This document shows, in pieces, positions 25,126 to 35,768 of a stretch of 64,000 nucleotides of DNA. Position 1 is the first letter of the stretch; each line of letters starts with the position of its first letter. The notes under the pieces were generated by a model. That model was not told the origin of the DNA, did no database searches, and saw only the letters and a program-made list of their open reading frames with translations. The stretch is from an uncultured virus (IMG/VR IMGVR_UViG_3300032116_000127) (lineage: Duplodnaviria > Heunggongvirae > Uroviricota > Caudoviricetes), in the IMG/VR virus record IMGVR_UViG_3300032116_000127; one strand, written 5' to 3'. Made by a program: the position numbers and the translations under genes.

Positions 25126-26835
25126 TTAGCCACCGATTTCACTAAAATTAACACTTGATCTTGCTGCTACAAATGTTAGATTAATGAAGTTGATTGAGCG
25201 ATTAGGTTTAATGAAAATGCTTGCTACAAATTCATTTTTGTCGATTACTTCTGCTGTATTATTAGTTTCATCACACACAACTCTAAAATCAGTAATACCA
25301 CGACGACCTTGTACGTCTCTTAAGAATGGTTCTATTTGATTTTTAAATTGAGCACGAGTGAAAGCATCATTGAACTCAAACAATTGTGCTTTTGCAGCAA
25401 TTGAAATCGCTTTTTCTAATACAATGAATAATCTTCGTACGTTAATTCTATCGAAAGCACTTGGTGCTGACAATAAAGTTTTGTCTCCAAATAATTGTGT
25501 TCCTTCTCCTGGAAACGTCACAACTGGATTTACACCTTTTTGATAAAGTGAATCTCTTTGTGTTCTATTTGGATTAAATGCTAGTTTAACAACATTTTTA
25601 ATTTGACCACGATTTGCACCAGCTGGTGAATACCATGGATCTTGAGCATAATCTGTTCTTGCGGCAAGACCTGCTACATCACCATTTAATGGGACATAAC
25701 GATACTTGTCATTATAACGATCATACTGAAACTTATAACCAGAATCTAATATAGCATAAGAAGAACTTGGAAGTGCTGTTCTATATGTTATAATATCTGC
25801 TACTGGAGTCGCTGAAGAATCAGAAATATAAGAACCACCTGCTGCTTCTGGAGAGATAAAAGCTACTGAATCTTTTCTTACTTCTACAACGTTATTAATT
25901 ACATAAGTTGCTGTTGCTGCTGTCGCTTTTCCTAAAAGGACTAACGATATGTCAAGCTGATCGTTTGCAAACAATGCATAACCTGTTTGAATGTTTCCTG
26001 CAGTTATACCTGCATAGTCATCAACACCACCAGTTAAAGAGGCATTTACTGCTGCGTTGATATCTTTGTAAGGTTGTGCTGCTGGAGCAGTACCCCAAGC
26101 AACTGCGTTAGCATTCGCTACGTTATTTACTTCTGCTGCTTGAGTAGGATGATCCATCCACCAAATGTATTTTGAATTTGAATTAATTACATCTCTGTAA
26201 TAATTATTCGAACCATCTGATTTTTTAGCACCTACTGCTTTTGATACATATTCAAATTTTTCTAAAATTGTACCAGCTGTGCCAGTAAATAACCCATCTT
26301 CATCGATTACGATAATATGTAATTCGTCATTTGATACGTTATTTGATGTTGCCCAAGCTGATGTGTCTGGTGATCTATCAAAGCTAGTTTCATAAGTCCA
26401 ACCTGTGAAAGTCGACTTATCTGCCATTGATACTTTTAATGAATTGCCCAATGAACCAGCCCATTTAGCTGCAAATTCACCAACAGTTCCTTGACCACCT
26501 GCATATGATGATAAGTATTGTTCTGCGTTTTTAATTTTAACTGCGGTACCAGAAACTACTGCATTTTTATCTACACTGCCACTTCCTCTTACTACGAATA
26601 AATTATTCGAGTATGATAAAAAGTTAGCTGCAGTAAAGAATGATTCAAAATTTGAATCATCTGGTTTACCGAATCTCTCTACTAATTCGTTTTCGGATGT
26701 AATTTGCACTGGATCTTCGATTGGTCCCCATGCGAATTTACCTACAAATGCACCTGCACTTGTGGCAACATTAGGAACTATGCTTGTGAAGTCCTTTTCT
26801 GTGACAATTACTCCTGGACTTAATTGGAATGCCAT
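25126..26835 (-). CDS. gp18: Tail sheath protein
   Basis: SPGV...E.D, W.SPAG.NRG, GDKT, SAFDRINVRRLF, KP.RSINFI.L.F. Confidence 0.98.
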   Translation of the reverse strand: MAFQLSPGVIVTEKDFTSIVPNVATSAGAFVGKFAWGPIEDPVQITSENELVERFGKPDDSNFESFFTAANFLSYSNNLFVVRGSGSVDKNAVVSGTAVKIKNAEQYLSSYAGGQGTVGEFAAKWAGSLGNSLKVSMADKSTFTGWTYETSFDRSPDTSAWATSNNVSNDELHIIVIDEDGLFTGTAGTILEKFEYVSKAVGAKKSDGSNNYYRDVINSNSKYIWWMDHPTQAAEVNNVANANAVAWGTAPAAQPYKDINAAVNASLTGGVDDYAGITAGNIQTGYALFANDQLDISLVLLGKATAATATYVINNVVEVRKDSVAFISPEAAGGSYISDSSATPVADIITYRTALPSSSYAILDSGYKFQYDRYNDKYRYVPLNGDVAGLAARTDYAQDPWYSPAGANRGQIKNVVKLAFNPNRTQRDSLYQKGVNPVVTFPGEGTQLFGDKTLLSAPSAFDRINVRRLFIVLEKAISIAAKAQLFEFNDAFTRAQFKNQIEPFLRDVQGRRGITDFRVVCDETNNTAEVIDKNEFVASIFIKPNRSINFINLTFVAARSSVNFSEIGG

Positions 26836-26895
26836 TTTGCTCTCTCCTCTTTAATTATTGACACGTTTCTTGACAAACGTGCTATTTCTCTTACC

Positions 26896-26903
26896 TATTT
26901 AGT
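26896..26903 (-). promoter_or_regulatory. Late promoter ACTAAATA for gp18
   Basis: Late box; leader contains a CACGTTT/AAACGTG hairpin. Confidence 0.65.
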
Positions 26904-26907
26904 TTTT

Positions 26908-28491
26908 TCAAAAATTCGAAGGGTTTTCTCGATCATTTCCATCATTTAAGAAGCCAAATGGAGTCAACTCTTCTTCAATCTCTTGTATTTGTTTTTTATA
27001 TAACTCTTTTCTTATGTTTACATCAGTGATTTCTCTAAAATATACGTCACCAGTAAGCCAAGCAAAGAGTACACACGTCATCACTAAATCATCAGTATAG
27101 CCATCGTCAGCTGAAAAATAACCATTTTTGCTGATAAATGTAGTTAATTCGCTAATAATAGTTGAATCAAATATTAATAAACTATTATTCTCAATTAAAT
27201 TCTTTAATATGCTACAACCTTTTCTTTTTACAGCTACATCAGTTGTAACACCTAGTGCACTTGATTTATCACCAAATCCACCAGTAATTCTTTGTCCTTC
27301 ATTCTTATGTCTTGCAACAAAGATAATGTTCTCATATTCTAATTCACTATGTAATATATAGGGAACTGTTTCACCACTATTAATTTCAATCAACACAAAA
27401 GCTTTATTATAATCTCTTCCAACTTTATCTATAATACTTGGAATGAGTAATATGCTAATTGTATTAGAACGATATTTACCTACAACTTTATAAGGCATTT
27501 CTGTTATATCAAAAATGCTAAATGCTGTATAATCTCTTCCTGTTCCTTTACTCAAATCAACTACAATTACATACTTATGATTTGGTTCAGGCTTTTCTAA
27601 TATATCTAAACCATCTTTAGAATATATAAATGGTTTAGGAGATAAATTTCTTAAAGTTTCACCATTAATAAGTGTAAGTGAACTTCCTAAAAATTCACAA
27701 AGTATTTCTTGATTAAATTTTATATCACCAAGTAATTTTCTTTGTGCTTCAGCCCAAGCTTTATCACGTCCTGGAATTTTATCGTAAGGAATAAAAAGAT
27801 TTTTAAATCCATTTTTATTATTTACAGCATCATTCCAAAATTTCCAAAAGTGATTATATCCTAATGGAGTAGAACTTAATAATATTTTTGTAGTTTCTCC
27901 TGCCATAATAGTAGGATAAACTGAAGTAAAAAATTCTTCTGCGATTTGATTTGGTATAATTGCAGCTTCATCAATATATAACCAATTAACTGACTTACCA
28001 CGTATCGCACTTGGCGTTGTAGCAGAAGTAAATACTTTGCTACCATTTTCTAATTCTATATCTCCTTTATTCCAAGTCACAACACCTTGTTGCAACCATA
28101 AAGGTAAATTTTCATACATTAATTGATAACGATCTAAAACTTCTCTTGCGGTACTTCCTTTATTTGCTAATATACCAACAGTGACGTTATCATTAAACAA
28201 TGTATAATGAACAATACATGCAGCAGAAGTAATAGTTTTTCCTTGCTGTCTTCCTTCCATTAAAATCACTTTACGATTATTCATGATTGTTCTTACTTTT
28301 TCTTTTTGACAATCATATAAAGCGAAAGGAATTAATCCTAAATCTAATGAAACTATTTTACAATAATTTTCTATAAAGTAAATTGGGTCTTCTTTACATT
28401 TAAGAAATTCTTGTACTTCTTGTTTTGTAAATTTTACTTTTACGCCAACAGCTTTAAGTGCTGTGTTTGCATTATAAAAATTTGTAGGCAT
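26908..28491 (-). CDS. gp17: Terminase large subunit
   Basis: DPIYFIENY, RQQGKT, YIDEAA, SSTP.G.NHF, DDLVM. Confidence 0.97.
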   Translation of the reverse strand: MPTNFYNANTALKAVGVKVKFTKQEVQEFLKCKEDPIYFIENYCKIVSLDLGLIPFALYDCQKEKVRTIMNNRKVILMEGRQQGKTITSAACIVHYTLFNDNVTVGILANKGSTAREVLDRYQLMYENLPLWLQQGVVTWNKGDIELENGSKVFTSATTPSAIRGKSVNWLYIDEAAIIPNQIAEEFFTSVYPTIMAGETTKILLSSTPLGYNHFWKFWNDAVNNKNGFKNLFIPYDKIPGRDKAWAEAQRKLLGDIKFNQEILCEFLGSSLTLINGETLRNLSPKPFIYSKDGLDILEKPEPNHKYVIVVDLSKGTGRDYTAFSIFDITEMPYKVVGKYRSNTISILLIPSIIDKVGRDYNKAFVLIEINSGETVPYILHSELEYENIIFVARHKNEGQRITGGFGDKSSALGVTTDVAVKRKGCSILKNLIENNSLLIFDSTIISELTTFISKNGYFSADDGYTDDLVMTCVLFAWLTGDVYFREITDVNIRKELYKKQIQEIEEELTPFGFLNDGNDRENPSNF

Positions 28492-28510
28492 AAGCCCTAA
28501 CCACCCCTTA

Positions 28511-29437
28511 TTATATAACTACTATATTTCCTAACATATTCGCAGGTTCAGCTTGACTGCGATATTTAAATGTGTTTCCTGTAGCAGCAGACATCGGTAT
28601 TGTAAATGTAATCGTTTGATTTTGGTCTGCTATATTTGGAGAAGCACCTTGTGATGAAATATAATCGTTTGCTGGAGCAACGTTAGAAGAATCAAGTATT
28701 TCTAAAATTTGTCCTGAACGTGTATTTGTAAATCTTATAGTTTCACCTCTTTGCGCAATAATGTCTGGGTCATTTGATCCAGCTACAGGCAATCCTGGAC
28801 CAGTCACTAGATAATTACTAGTTGTAGCACCACCAAAAGAATATGTTCTATTTGTAATAATTGCACCAGTTGCTCCATTCACTGAAGAAATTGCAGCATC
28901 TAAAGTAATAGCTGAAGCAGTTGGATTTGATATTGACATACCAGTACCAGCAATAATCGCAATATCAGATAATGAAGCATTTGATCCTGTTAAACGAATT
29001 GTTCTTTGACCTGCTTGAATAGCTTCAGCACTTAAAGAAAAAGTGACAGGAGCTGGATTATTATTTGTAACAGTTATTGTACTTGCATCAGTACGAGTGA
29101 TTGTAAGTCCAGCATTTGCTGATAAAATTGATACATCATCAGTTGTTGCATCTGATCCTGTTAATCTTACTTTTGCACCACTTGCTACTGTTTCAGCACT
29201 AATGGCATAAGTAGTATTTGTGTCTATATCTGTGTTTGGTACGAAATTAGTTCCATCAAATTTAAGTGTTGCGCCATTTGAAATAGCTGTTGATGGTATT
29301 GCAACACGCACAGTGCTTCCACCTAATGCGTTATATAATTCGTCAAAGTTAGAATTAATTTTTACACCACCATCACGTAAAGTATTACCTGTTCCGTCAT
29401 TTGGTGTTAAACCAACTCCAATTATCTGTTTTGCCAT
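28511..29437 (-). CDS. Virion protein with gp9/gp10-like N-terminus
   Basis: MAKQ.I..G..PNDGTG..LR.GG.KIN.NF.ELY; cupredoxin-like C-terminus lacking Cys/His. Confidence 0.7.
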   Translation of the reverse strand: MAKQIIGVGLTPNDGTGNTLRDGGVKINSNFDELYNALGGSTVRVAIPSTAISNGATLKFDGTNFVPNTDIDTNTTYAISAETVASGAKVRLTGSDATTDDVSILSANAGLTITRTDASTITVTNNNPAPVTFSLSAEAIQAGQRTIRLTGSNASLSDIAIIAGTGMSISNPTASAITLDAAISSVNGATGAIITNRTYSFGGATTSNYLVTGPGLPVAGSNDPDIIAQRGETIRFTNTRSGQILEILDSSNVAPANDYISSQGASPNIADQNQTITFTIPMSAATGNTFKYRSQAEPANMLGNIVVI

Positions 29438-29449
29438 ATTTGTTTCCTA

Positions 29450-30211
29450 TTATGTTATATCGTATTCGGAAGTTTTAAATATATCTTCCCATGTTTCACT
29501 CGTAATTCCACCTGTATTTAGGTTAGCTATTATCGTGTTTTGTCTATCTGGATTGCCAATATCAACAATCGTTTTAGATATAATTTTACCATCTGGGTTT
29601 GCATATCCAAAAAGATTAAGTTTTAATTGAAAACCTAATGTCCATGTCACAAACCTACGTGTCTCAAAAGTACCATCATATTCATCTACAAATGTAACAC
29701 TATTTAAAATAATAGGAACATCAGTGACAATATCAAGAGGTGTTTTCATCGATTGAATACTCATCGTGAATTCTGGTGTAAAATAAGGTAGAATTTGTTC
29801 TACTATTTGTAAACCATCCTCTGTATTTTTAGATATACAATATAAATTTATATCTAAATTATATGGTACAGGAGCGAATACTCTATTTGCTGTATTTACT
29901 CCAGCTCCAAGTGTTTTATTCTTATCAATAGATGCCATACGTGAAACTTTTCTTGTCGCATCTAAATTCAACCCAGTCATTTCAAAAGAAAGACGAGGTA
30001 AAGTAGTCATCACTTGATTAGAAAGAGTAGGATCTTGTTCTATACGTTGTATCCATTTTTCTTTCGGAGCATAAGCAATTGGAATTAATAACGTTTGTTC
30101 TACTGTTCCGTTTGCTTTTTTTCTTTCAATTTTAAGATCTGAAAATATTTTTGCAAATCCTATAATACAATTTCGTATTGTTTCGTGATAATATGGTGGT
30201 TTATTTAACAT
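29450..30211 (-). CDS. gp15: Tail sheath stabiliser/completion protein
   Basis: YHETIR, P.AYAPKEKW, LPRLSFE, QIVEQILPYF.P. Confidence 0.93.
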   Translation of the reverse strand: MLNKPPYYHETIRNCIIGFAKIFSDLKIERKKANGTVEQTLLIPIAYAPKEKWIQRIEQDPTLSNQVMTTLPRLSFEMTGLNLDATRKVSRMASIDKNKTLGAGVNTANRVFAPVPYNLDINLYCISKNTEDGLQIVEQILPYFTPEFTMSIQSMKTPLDIVTDVPIILNSVTFVDEYDGTFETRRFVTWTLGFQLKLNLFGYANPDGKIISKTIVDIGNPDRQNTIIANLNTGGITSETWEDIFKTSEYDIT

Positions 30212-30213
30212 GA

Positions 30214-31131
30214 TTAAAATTCTCCAAATGGATTATTTTCAGACCATGCCACTTTATTATTATTCACATCTCTTTCAACTTTAACTGAGACGTTATCACC
30301 AAAGCCACCTTGTTTATCAATATTCATATTTAAAGTACAAGTAGCAACAGCTTGAATTCCTCCAGCTGGTGGTGCACTTATTGAAATTGTAGGTACACTC
30401 TTAAAACCATTTCCAACGTTTGTAATCGTAGCACTATTTATTTTACCATTTAATATAGTACAAGTAGCTGTAGCATTTGTAAGTGGATTTCCACCATTAA
30501 ATGTTATTGTTGGTGCCACCAAATAACCTGCACCAAGATTCGTAAACGTAATAGAATTTACATACATTACTTCATTACGTGTAGGATCAGTATTGAATGT
30601 TTTTAATGGTTCAAATACATCAATTTCAGGTACACCTGTATCAATTTTTTCAGAAGAATATTGAAATAATTCAACTTGTAATTTATAAGTATAAAGTTTT
30701 CCTAATTGATAAAAAGGATCTTTATCTTTTACAAATCTTATTTCAAATAAACTTTTAGTTAAAGGGAAATAAATTAAATCTCCTTCAACTGGACGATTTG
30801 TTAAAATCGTATTACCATATTGACCAACTAATTGATTCCATCTTCTTCTTGCTACAACTAATGTAGCTGATGATTCAATCATTAAACCAAATTTGCTTAC
30901 AAAAGAACCTGCTCCATCATAATCTTTTACATTTTCAAAATACATTTCAACTGGGTAAGCATGATTAAATGTACTTAATGTATCTTCACCAAGAATTTGA
31001 TCTTTATTTACATATTTTCTTGGTATATAATATACAGTTTGAGCATAAATTCCTAAAGATTCTATAATTAAATCTTCTATTAGGTTTTGCTCATTAGCAG
31101 TTCCTTGTGTAAAATAAACATTTCTAGACAT
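30214..31131 (-). CDS. gp14: Neck protein
   Basis: EQ.L.EDL..ES, YIPR, SKFGL, RP.EGDLIYFP, PFYQLGK, NPFGEF. Confidence 0.93.
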   Translation of the reverse strand: MSRNVYFTQGTANEQNLIEDLIIESLGIYAQTVYYIPRKYVNKDQILGEDTLSTFNHAYPVEMYFENVKDYDGAGSFVSKFGLMIESSATLVVARRRWNQLVGQYGNTILTNRPVEGDLIYFPLTKSLFEIRFVKDKDPFYQLGKLYTYKLQVELFQYSSEKIDTGVPEIDVFEPLKTFNTDPTRNEVMYVNSITFTNLGAGYLVAPTITFNGGNPLTNATATCTILNGKINSATITNVGNGFKSVPTISISAPPAGGIQAVATCTLNMNIDKQGGFGDNVSVKVERDVNNNKVAWSENNPFGEF

Positions 31132-31135
31132 ATGT

Positions 31136-31876
31136 TTATCCTACTGAAAATTCTAATGGTGCGTTCTTTCCAACTAATGTGTCTTCTAATTCTTTAATTT
31201 CTTCTTTTGCTTCAGCATATAGTTTATCACCATCAAGTGTCACACCTCCAGGAAGTTCTAATCCTGAAAATTTTTTTAAATTAGTTCCCCACTGTGCTTT
31301 AAAAAGAGCAGTGGTATAAGATTTCAACCATGGCTCATTATACATTTTAGTAAATGAAGCAGGATCTATTGCTTTATATCCATCATATATAATATAATCG
31401 CCAGCTTTTACAGCAGTTCCCCATTTAATATCTATATTTAATCTGTTTGTTAAACGATTAAAACGAAATAAAGGTTGACCATTTAATATTGTATCAAGTA
31501 ATTGTAAATGATTCATTACTGTTGTAAAATAAACAATCGAAGTAGATGTTAAATCATACAAATCATTTAATCTTAATTGATATTGTAAATCAAATATATT
31601 TTTACTAGTTGATGACCCTGCATATATAGGGAACACCTTACTCACACCATAAACTATATCAGCAACAGGAATGTACTTATTGCTAATATCTTGATTTGTA
31701 ATTAGATGTGAAACATAAGTACGTTCAGAACCATCCCAATGATTAATATTGAAATATTCTATTGCTTCATCTAGACGATCTTCTAATTGACCATCATCAA
31801 CGTTAATTTCTACAACTGGTGCACCTAATTTTCTAAGTGCGTAATCTTTAAGTCCTTCTCTTGTAGAGACAGGCAT
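31136..31876 (-). CDS. gp13: Neck protein
   Basis: LRKLGAPVVEINVDD.Q, WLK.Y.TAL.K.QWG.NL.KF.G..LPGGVTL.G. Confidence 0.95.
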   Translation of the reverse strand: MPVSTREGLKDYALRKLGAPVVEINVDDGQLEDRLDEAIEYFNINHWDGSERTYVSHLITNQDISNKYIPVADIVYGVSKVFPIYAGSSTSKNIFDLQYQLRLNDLYDLTSTSIVYFTTVMNHLQLLDTILNGQPLFRFNRLTNRLNIDIKWGTAVKAGDYIIYDGYKAIDPASFTKMYNEPWLKSYTTALFKAQWGTNLKKFSGLELPGGVTLDGDKLYAEAKEEIKELEDTLVGKNAPLEFSVG

Positions 31877-31878
31877 AA

Positions 31879-34800
31879 TTAACCTCCAAGGGCAATTGCA
31901 AATGCTGCAGCAGTGCCACTAGTTGCGGCAATCCCATTTGCCGCAGTTGCGACAGACACATTACTTCCTGCAGGATATCCTCCTCCTGAGTTTGTGTTGA
32001 ATTGTAAATAACCATCTGCATGCATCATTATTTTCGTAGTTCCCATAATAATTGAATTCCCAGATAAATATAAATCTCTAAACTTAGCACCTGTTGCTCC
32101 TAAGTCCATTGTGCTATCAGCTGATGGTATAACTGAATTTCCTACAACAATTGTTCCAGTTCCTTTTGGTGTAATACTAATTCCAATATTTGTATCAGTA
32201 CCTGTAGCAGAAATAGTAGGACGATTTGTTGTTGCAGCATTTGCAAGTGTTAATTGATTTACTGCTGAAGCTGTTGCTGTTAATGCTAATAAACTATTTC
32301 CATTTGTATCTAAAATATTAGTCCCAATTCTAGGAGATGTTAATGTTTTATTTGTTAATGTATCTGTAGTTGCTCTTCCAACTAATGTATCAGTAGAAGT
32401 TGGTAATGTTAAAGTTCCTGTGTTAGAAATGCTTGAAATAACAGGTGATGTTAATGTTTTATTCGTTAATGTTTCAGAACCATCTAAAGTTGCAAGAGTT
32501 CCAGTTGTTGGTAAAGTTATTGATGTGTTTGCAGTAGTTGTTAAACTAAGAGTATGTGCACCACTATGTGTGAAATTGCCACCAAGTGTAAGTGTTTTAC
32601 CAGAGTTATTTACTCCAGTTCCACCATATTGACCAGCGATTACTGAACCTTGCCATGTTCCACTTGAAATTGTTCCTAATGTTGTAATTGTGTTTTGACC
32701 AGCATATGTTGAAGCAATATCAATACTGTTTGCATTTACAGTAATACGATCTGCAGTTCCAACTGCGTCAATTGTATTACCATCTTTTGTTAATCCATTT
32801 CCAGCTGTTATTTGACCAGCACCAGAAAATTGAGTAAACGAAATATCTGTAGTTCCGAATGTGACCATTGGAACTGTTTGTACAAATCCTTGACTTCCAA
32901 ATTGTGTTCCGAATGATACGAATAAAAAGTCTCCACTCGCAACTTCTGAAACAGAATCAAAATCTGTCGCTCTTGTTAATATTGTTCTTGTTGCGTCAAT
33001 AGTATAGATACCATTATGAGCAGCATTTGCTTGATTTTTAATTAAAAGTCTATCACCACTTACTACTGTGTATGATGTATCTAAAGTTGTTAAAGCATTT
33101 TGTAATGTTAATGTCGCACCAACTCCGTCTGTACCATTTTCATATGTGACAGTACCACTTGTTAAATTTGCAAGTGTATCTGTTGTTGCAGCTTTTACTG
33201 CAGCATGAACATGAAGACCTGCTTCAAGAGCATCAACATAAGATTTTGGAACAAGAGAATTAGCACCAAATCCTGCTCTTCCAGTATAACCAGAAGGAAC
33301 ATTTACAACTCCTGTTCCATTTGGTGATAATGCTATGCTAGAATTACTTGTAGTGTTAATAGTTGTTATAACTGGTGAAGTTAAAGTTTTATTTGTTAAT
33401 GTTTCAGTACCACTAATTGTAACAAAATTATCATCTGATAAAGCTGTATTAAATTGAGCTGTAGTTCCAGTAATTGTATTATTAGCTAAATTGATTGATT
33501 TATTCGTTAATGTATCTGTAGTTGCACGACCAACTAAAGTGTCAGTTGCTGATGGTACTGTGATAGTATTCGTTGTTGAAATCGAAATTGCAACAATATT
33601 CAGTTGTGCTCCTGTTGCTCCTGTCACTGGAATATTCAGTTGTGCTCCAAAAAAACTTGAACTTCCACTTTGTGTTAAGGTAGCTGTCGTGCTATTATTA
33701 TATGTGACAACGAACACAGTTCCTGCTGTAGTGGCAGCAAGATAATTAGAAAAATTTGGTTCAGCAAGATTTGTGTTTATGCTAATTTGATTTTGTTCTG
33801 GTTCTACGTAGAAGGAGTTAGATGTCCAATCTCCTCCAGCTGAACTATAATTTACTGTTGTAGCTGATACAATCGAACTAATTCTAGGAGATGTTAATGT
33901 CTTATTTGTTAATGTTTCTGTTCCAGTTAATGAAACGAAATTATCATCTGATAATGCAGTATTGAATTCTGCTAATGTACCAGTAATGGTATTAGTAGTT
34001 AATGAAACTGATTTATTTGTTAAAGTATCTGTTGTAGCTTTACCAACTAATGTATCAGTTGCAGCTGGAAGTGTTAAAGTTCCTGAAGCAGTAGCTGAAG
34101 GAGTAAGTGTAGTTGTTCCAGATGTTGATCCATTTAAGTATAAATTTTTTCCTGAAGCAAGTGCTAAATGTTCTGATGAAGTAAATGCATCTGTAGCATC
34201 TACCCAATTAAATGTTTTATCTGTTGCACCTTTAATTGTAATACCAGCACCATCGGCTGTAATATCTGTAGGAGAAGCAACTGAAGCTAATTCTATATTT
34301 TTATCATCTACAGTTAAAGTTGTAGAATTAACAGTTGTCGTTGTACCATTTACAGTTAAATTTCCTGTGACTGTTAAATTATTATTTACTGTTGTTGTAC
34401 CAGAATTAGCACCAAGATTTAAAGATGTAGCAGCACCACCCATGTTTAGAGTAGTTGCTGTTGTATTTAATAAATTAAATGTAGTTTGGTTAGTAGTTAA
34501 ATCACCACCTTTGACTTGAACATCACCATCAACTGTTAAATCTGCTTTAATAGTAGTAGTTCCACTATTTGAACCAATTGCAGTTGCTGTAGAAGAACCA
34601 CCTATGTTTAGAGTAGTTGCTGTTGTATTTAATAAATTGAAAGTTGTTTGAGAAGTTGTTAGATCGCCACCATTAATAGCTACATCACCACCGATTGTAG
34701 CATCACTTGTTGTAGTTAATAAAACTGATCTAACATCTGACCATTTTTTAGCTGAACTACCTAATGCGTATGTGTTATCAGTATTTGGTAATATATTTGA

Positions 34801-35124
34801 ATTTACATCTGCGCCAAATACAACATTATCAGTGTCAGCATCACCCATAGTGATAGTGCCACCATTAAATGTAGTTGTACCAGTGACAGTTAAATTACCA
34901 CCTACAGATACGTCACCTGATGTATTTAAAGAAGTGAATGTTGGAGTTGCTGAAGCGAATACGTTTGACATATCAGCACGAAGTAATTCAAGACCACCTG
35001 CTGTTGATCCGTCATGTACGACTGCTGTTTTCTTTGATGTATTAATTGTGACTTCACCAACTACACCTGTGAAAGATGAGTGTTGAGCTGTTGTTCCTCT
35101 TCGTAATTGTAATTGTGTTGGCAT
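31879..35124 (-). CDS. Long tail fibre-like protein
   Basis: Mtd-like N-terminus QLRRGTTAQH..FTG..GE...HDG.TAGG; TxTLTNK repeats; ends AFAIALGG. Confidence 0.8.
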   Translation of the reverse strand: MPTQLQLRRGTTAQHSSFTGVVGEVTINTSKKTAVVHDGSTAGGLELLRADMSNVFASATPTFTSLNTSGDVSVGGNLTVTGTTTFNGGTITMGDADTDNVVFGADVNSNILPNTDNTYALGSSAKKWSDVRSVLLTTTSDATIGGDVAINGGDLTTSQTTFNLLNTTATTLNIGGSSTATAIGSNSGTTTIKADLTVDGDVQVKGGDLTTNQTTFNLLNTTATTLNMGGAATSLNLGANSGTTTVNNNLTVTGNLTVNGTTTTVNSTTLTVDDKNIELASVASPTDITADGAGITIKGATDKTFNWVDATDAFTSSEHLALASGKNLYLNGSTSGTTTLTPSATASGTLTLPAATDTLVGKATTDTLTNKSVSLTTNTITGTLAEFNTALSDDNFVSLTGTETLTNKTLTSPRISSIVSATTVNYSSAGGDWTSNSFYVEPEQNQISINTNLAEPNFSNYLAATTAGTVFVVTYNNSTTATLTQSGSSSFFGAQLNIPVTGATGAQLNIVAISISTTNTITVPSATDTLVGRATTDTLTNKSINLANNTITGTTAQFNTALSDDNFVTISGTETLTNKTLTSPVITTINTTSNSSIALSPNGTGVVNVPSGYTGRAGFGANSLVPKSYVDALEAGLHVHAAVKAATTDTLANLTSGTVTYENGTDGVGATLTLQNALTTLDTSYTVVSGDRLLIKNQANAAHNGIYTIDATRTILTRATDFDSVSEVASGDFLFVSFGTQFGSQGFVQTVPMVTFGTTDISFTQFSGAGQITAGNGLTKDGNTIDAVGTADRITVNANSIDIASTYAGQNTITTLGTISSGTWQGSVIAGQYGGTGVNNSGKTLTLGGNFTHSGAHTLSLTTTANTSITLPTTGTLATLDGSETLTNKTLTSPVISSISNTGTLTLPTSTDTLVGRATTDTLTNKTLTSPRIGTNILDTNGNSLLALTATASAVNQLTLANAATTNRPTISATGTDTNIGISITPKGTGTIVVGNSVIPSADSTMDLGATGAKFRDLYLSGNSIIMGTTKIMMHADGYLQFNTNSGGGYPAGSNVSVATAANGIAATSGTAAAFAIALGG

Positions 35125-35125
35125 T

Positions 35126-35482
35126 TTATACTAATCCTTCGTTGTCAATAATTCTTAATCCCTCTGTTGCCATATTGTCATAAGTAAATAAAACTACTTG
35201 ACCAAAGGCATCACTTGTTGGGTCAGTTATATTACCATAATCAGCTAAAGGGAATGCACCAAATTTAATTGCAAACGCTAATTGATTAAATAGATCGTCA
35301 TCTTGTCCTTCTTGACCACCTGCTGTAGCACCAGCACTAAAATATGCTATTTGTCCTGCAGCATTCTTATAATACAATCTTCCGTCTGCGTAATTTAACG
35401 CAACTTCTTTATAACTTAAATCATTAACTGATGGCGCAAGATTCGGTACTGCTGAACCTTTTAATTTAATTATTGTCGCCAT
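35126..35482 (-). CDS. Small fibre-associated protein
   Basis: IKLK.S....AP....L...E.ALNYADG.LYYKN fibre N-terminal motif. Confidence 0.65.
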   Translation of the reverse strand: MATIIKLKGSAVPNLAPSVNDLSYKEVALNYADGRLYYKNAAGQIAYFSAGATAGGQEGQDDDLFNQLAFAIKFGAFPLADYGNITDPTSDAFGQVVLFTYDNMATEGLRIIDNEGLV

Positions 35483-35523
35483 CAGTTATTTCCTATTTTT
35501 TCTTTTTTTTATTTTGATTTTGT

Positions 35524-35718
35524 TTATTCTTCATCTTCCTCAAAGCTATCAGAGTCCGAATCTTCATCCCAGTCGGTATCTTCTTCTGAGTCATCTTCGT
35601 CCTCCTCTTCGCAACATTCGTGATTTTCAAGTTCTTCAACTTTATCACGAAGAGTCATCAAATCTTCTTCAATTCTATCAATAATATCTGAAACAGTTTG
35701 TTTTTTCTTCTTAGCCAT
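35524..35718 (-). CDS. Very acidic small protein
   Basis: 64 aa, basic N-terminus, coiled coil, D/E tail; AGGAG RBS. Confidence 0.7.
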   Translation of the reverse strand: MAKKKKQTVSDIIDRIEEDLMTLRDKVEELENHECCEEEDEDDSEEDTDWDEDSDSDSFEEDEE

Positions 35719-35768
35719 ACTTGTCTCCTATTTGTTAGTAGATTATATAATCTAAGATATTATATCAA

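Noticed and set aside
32330..34680. CRISPR-like or non-coding repeat array
   Set aside because: Repeats are in-frame protein repeats with irregular spacing; no cas genes.
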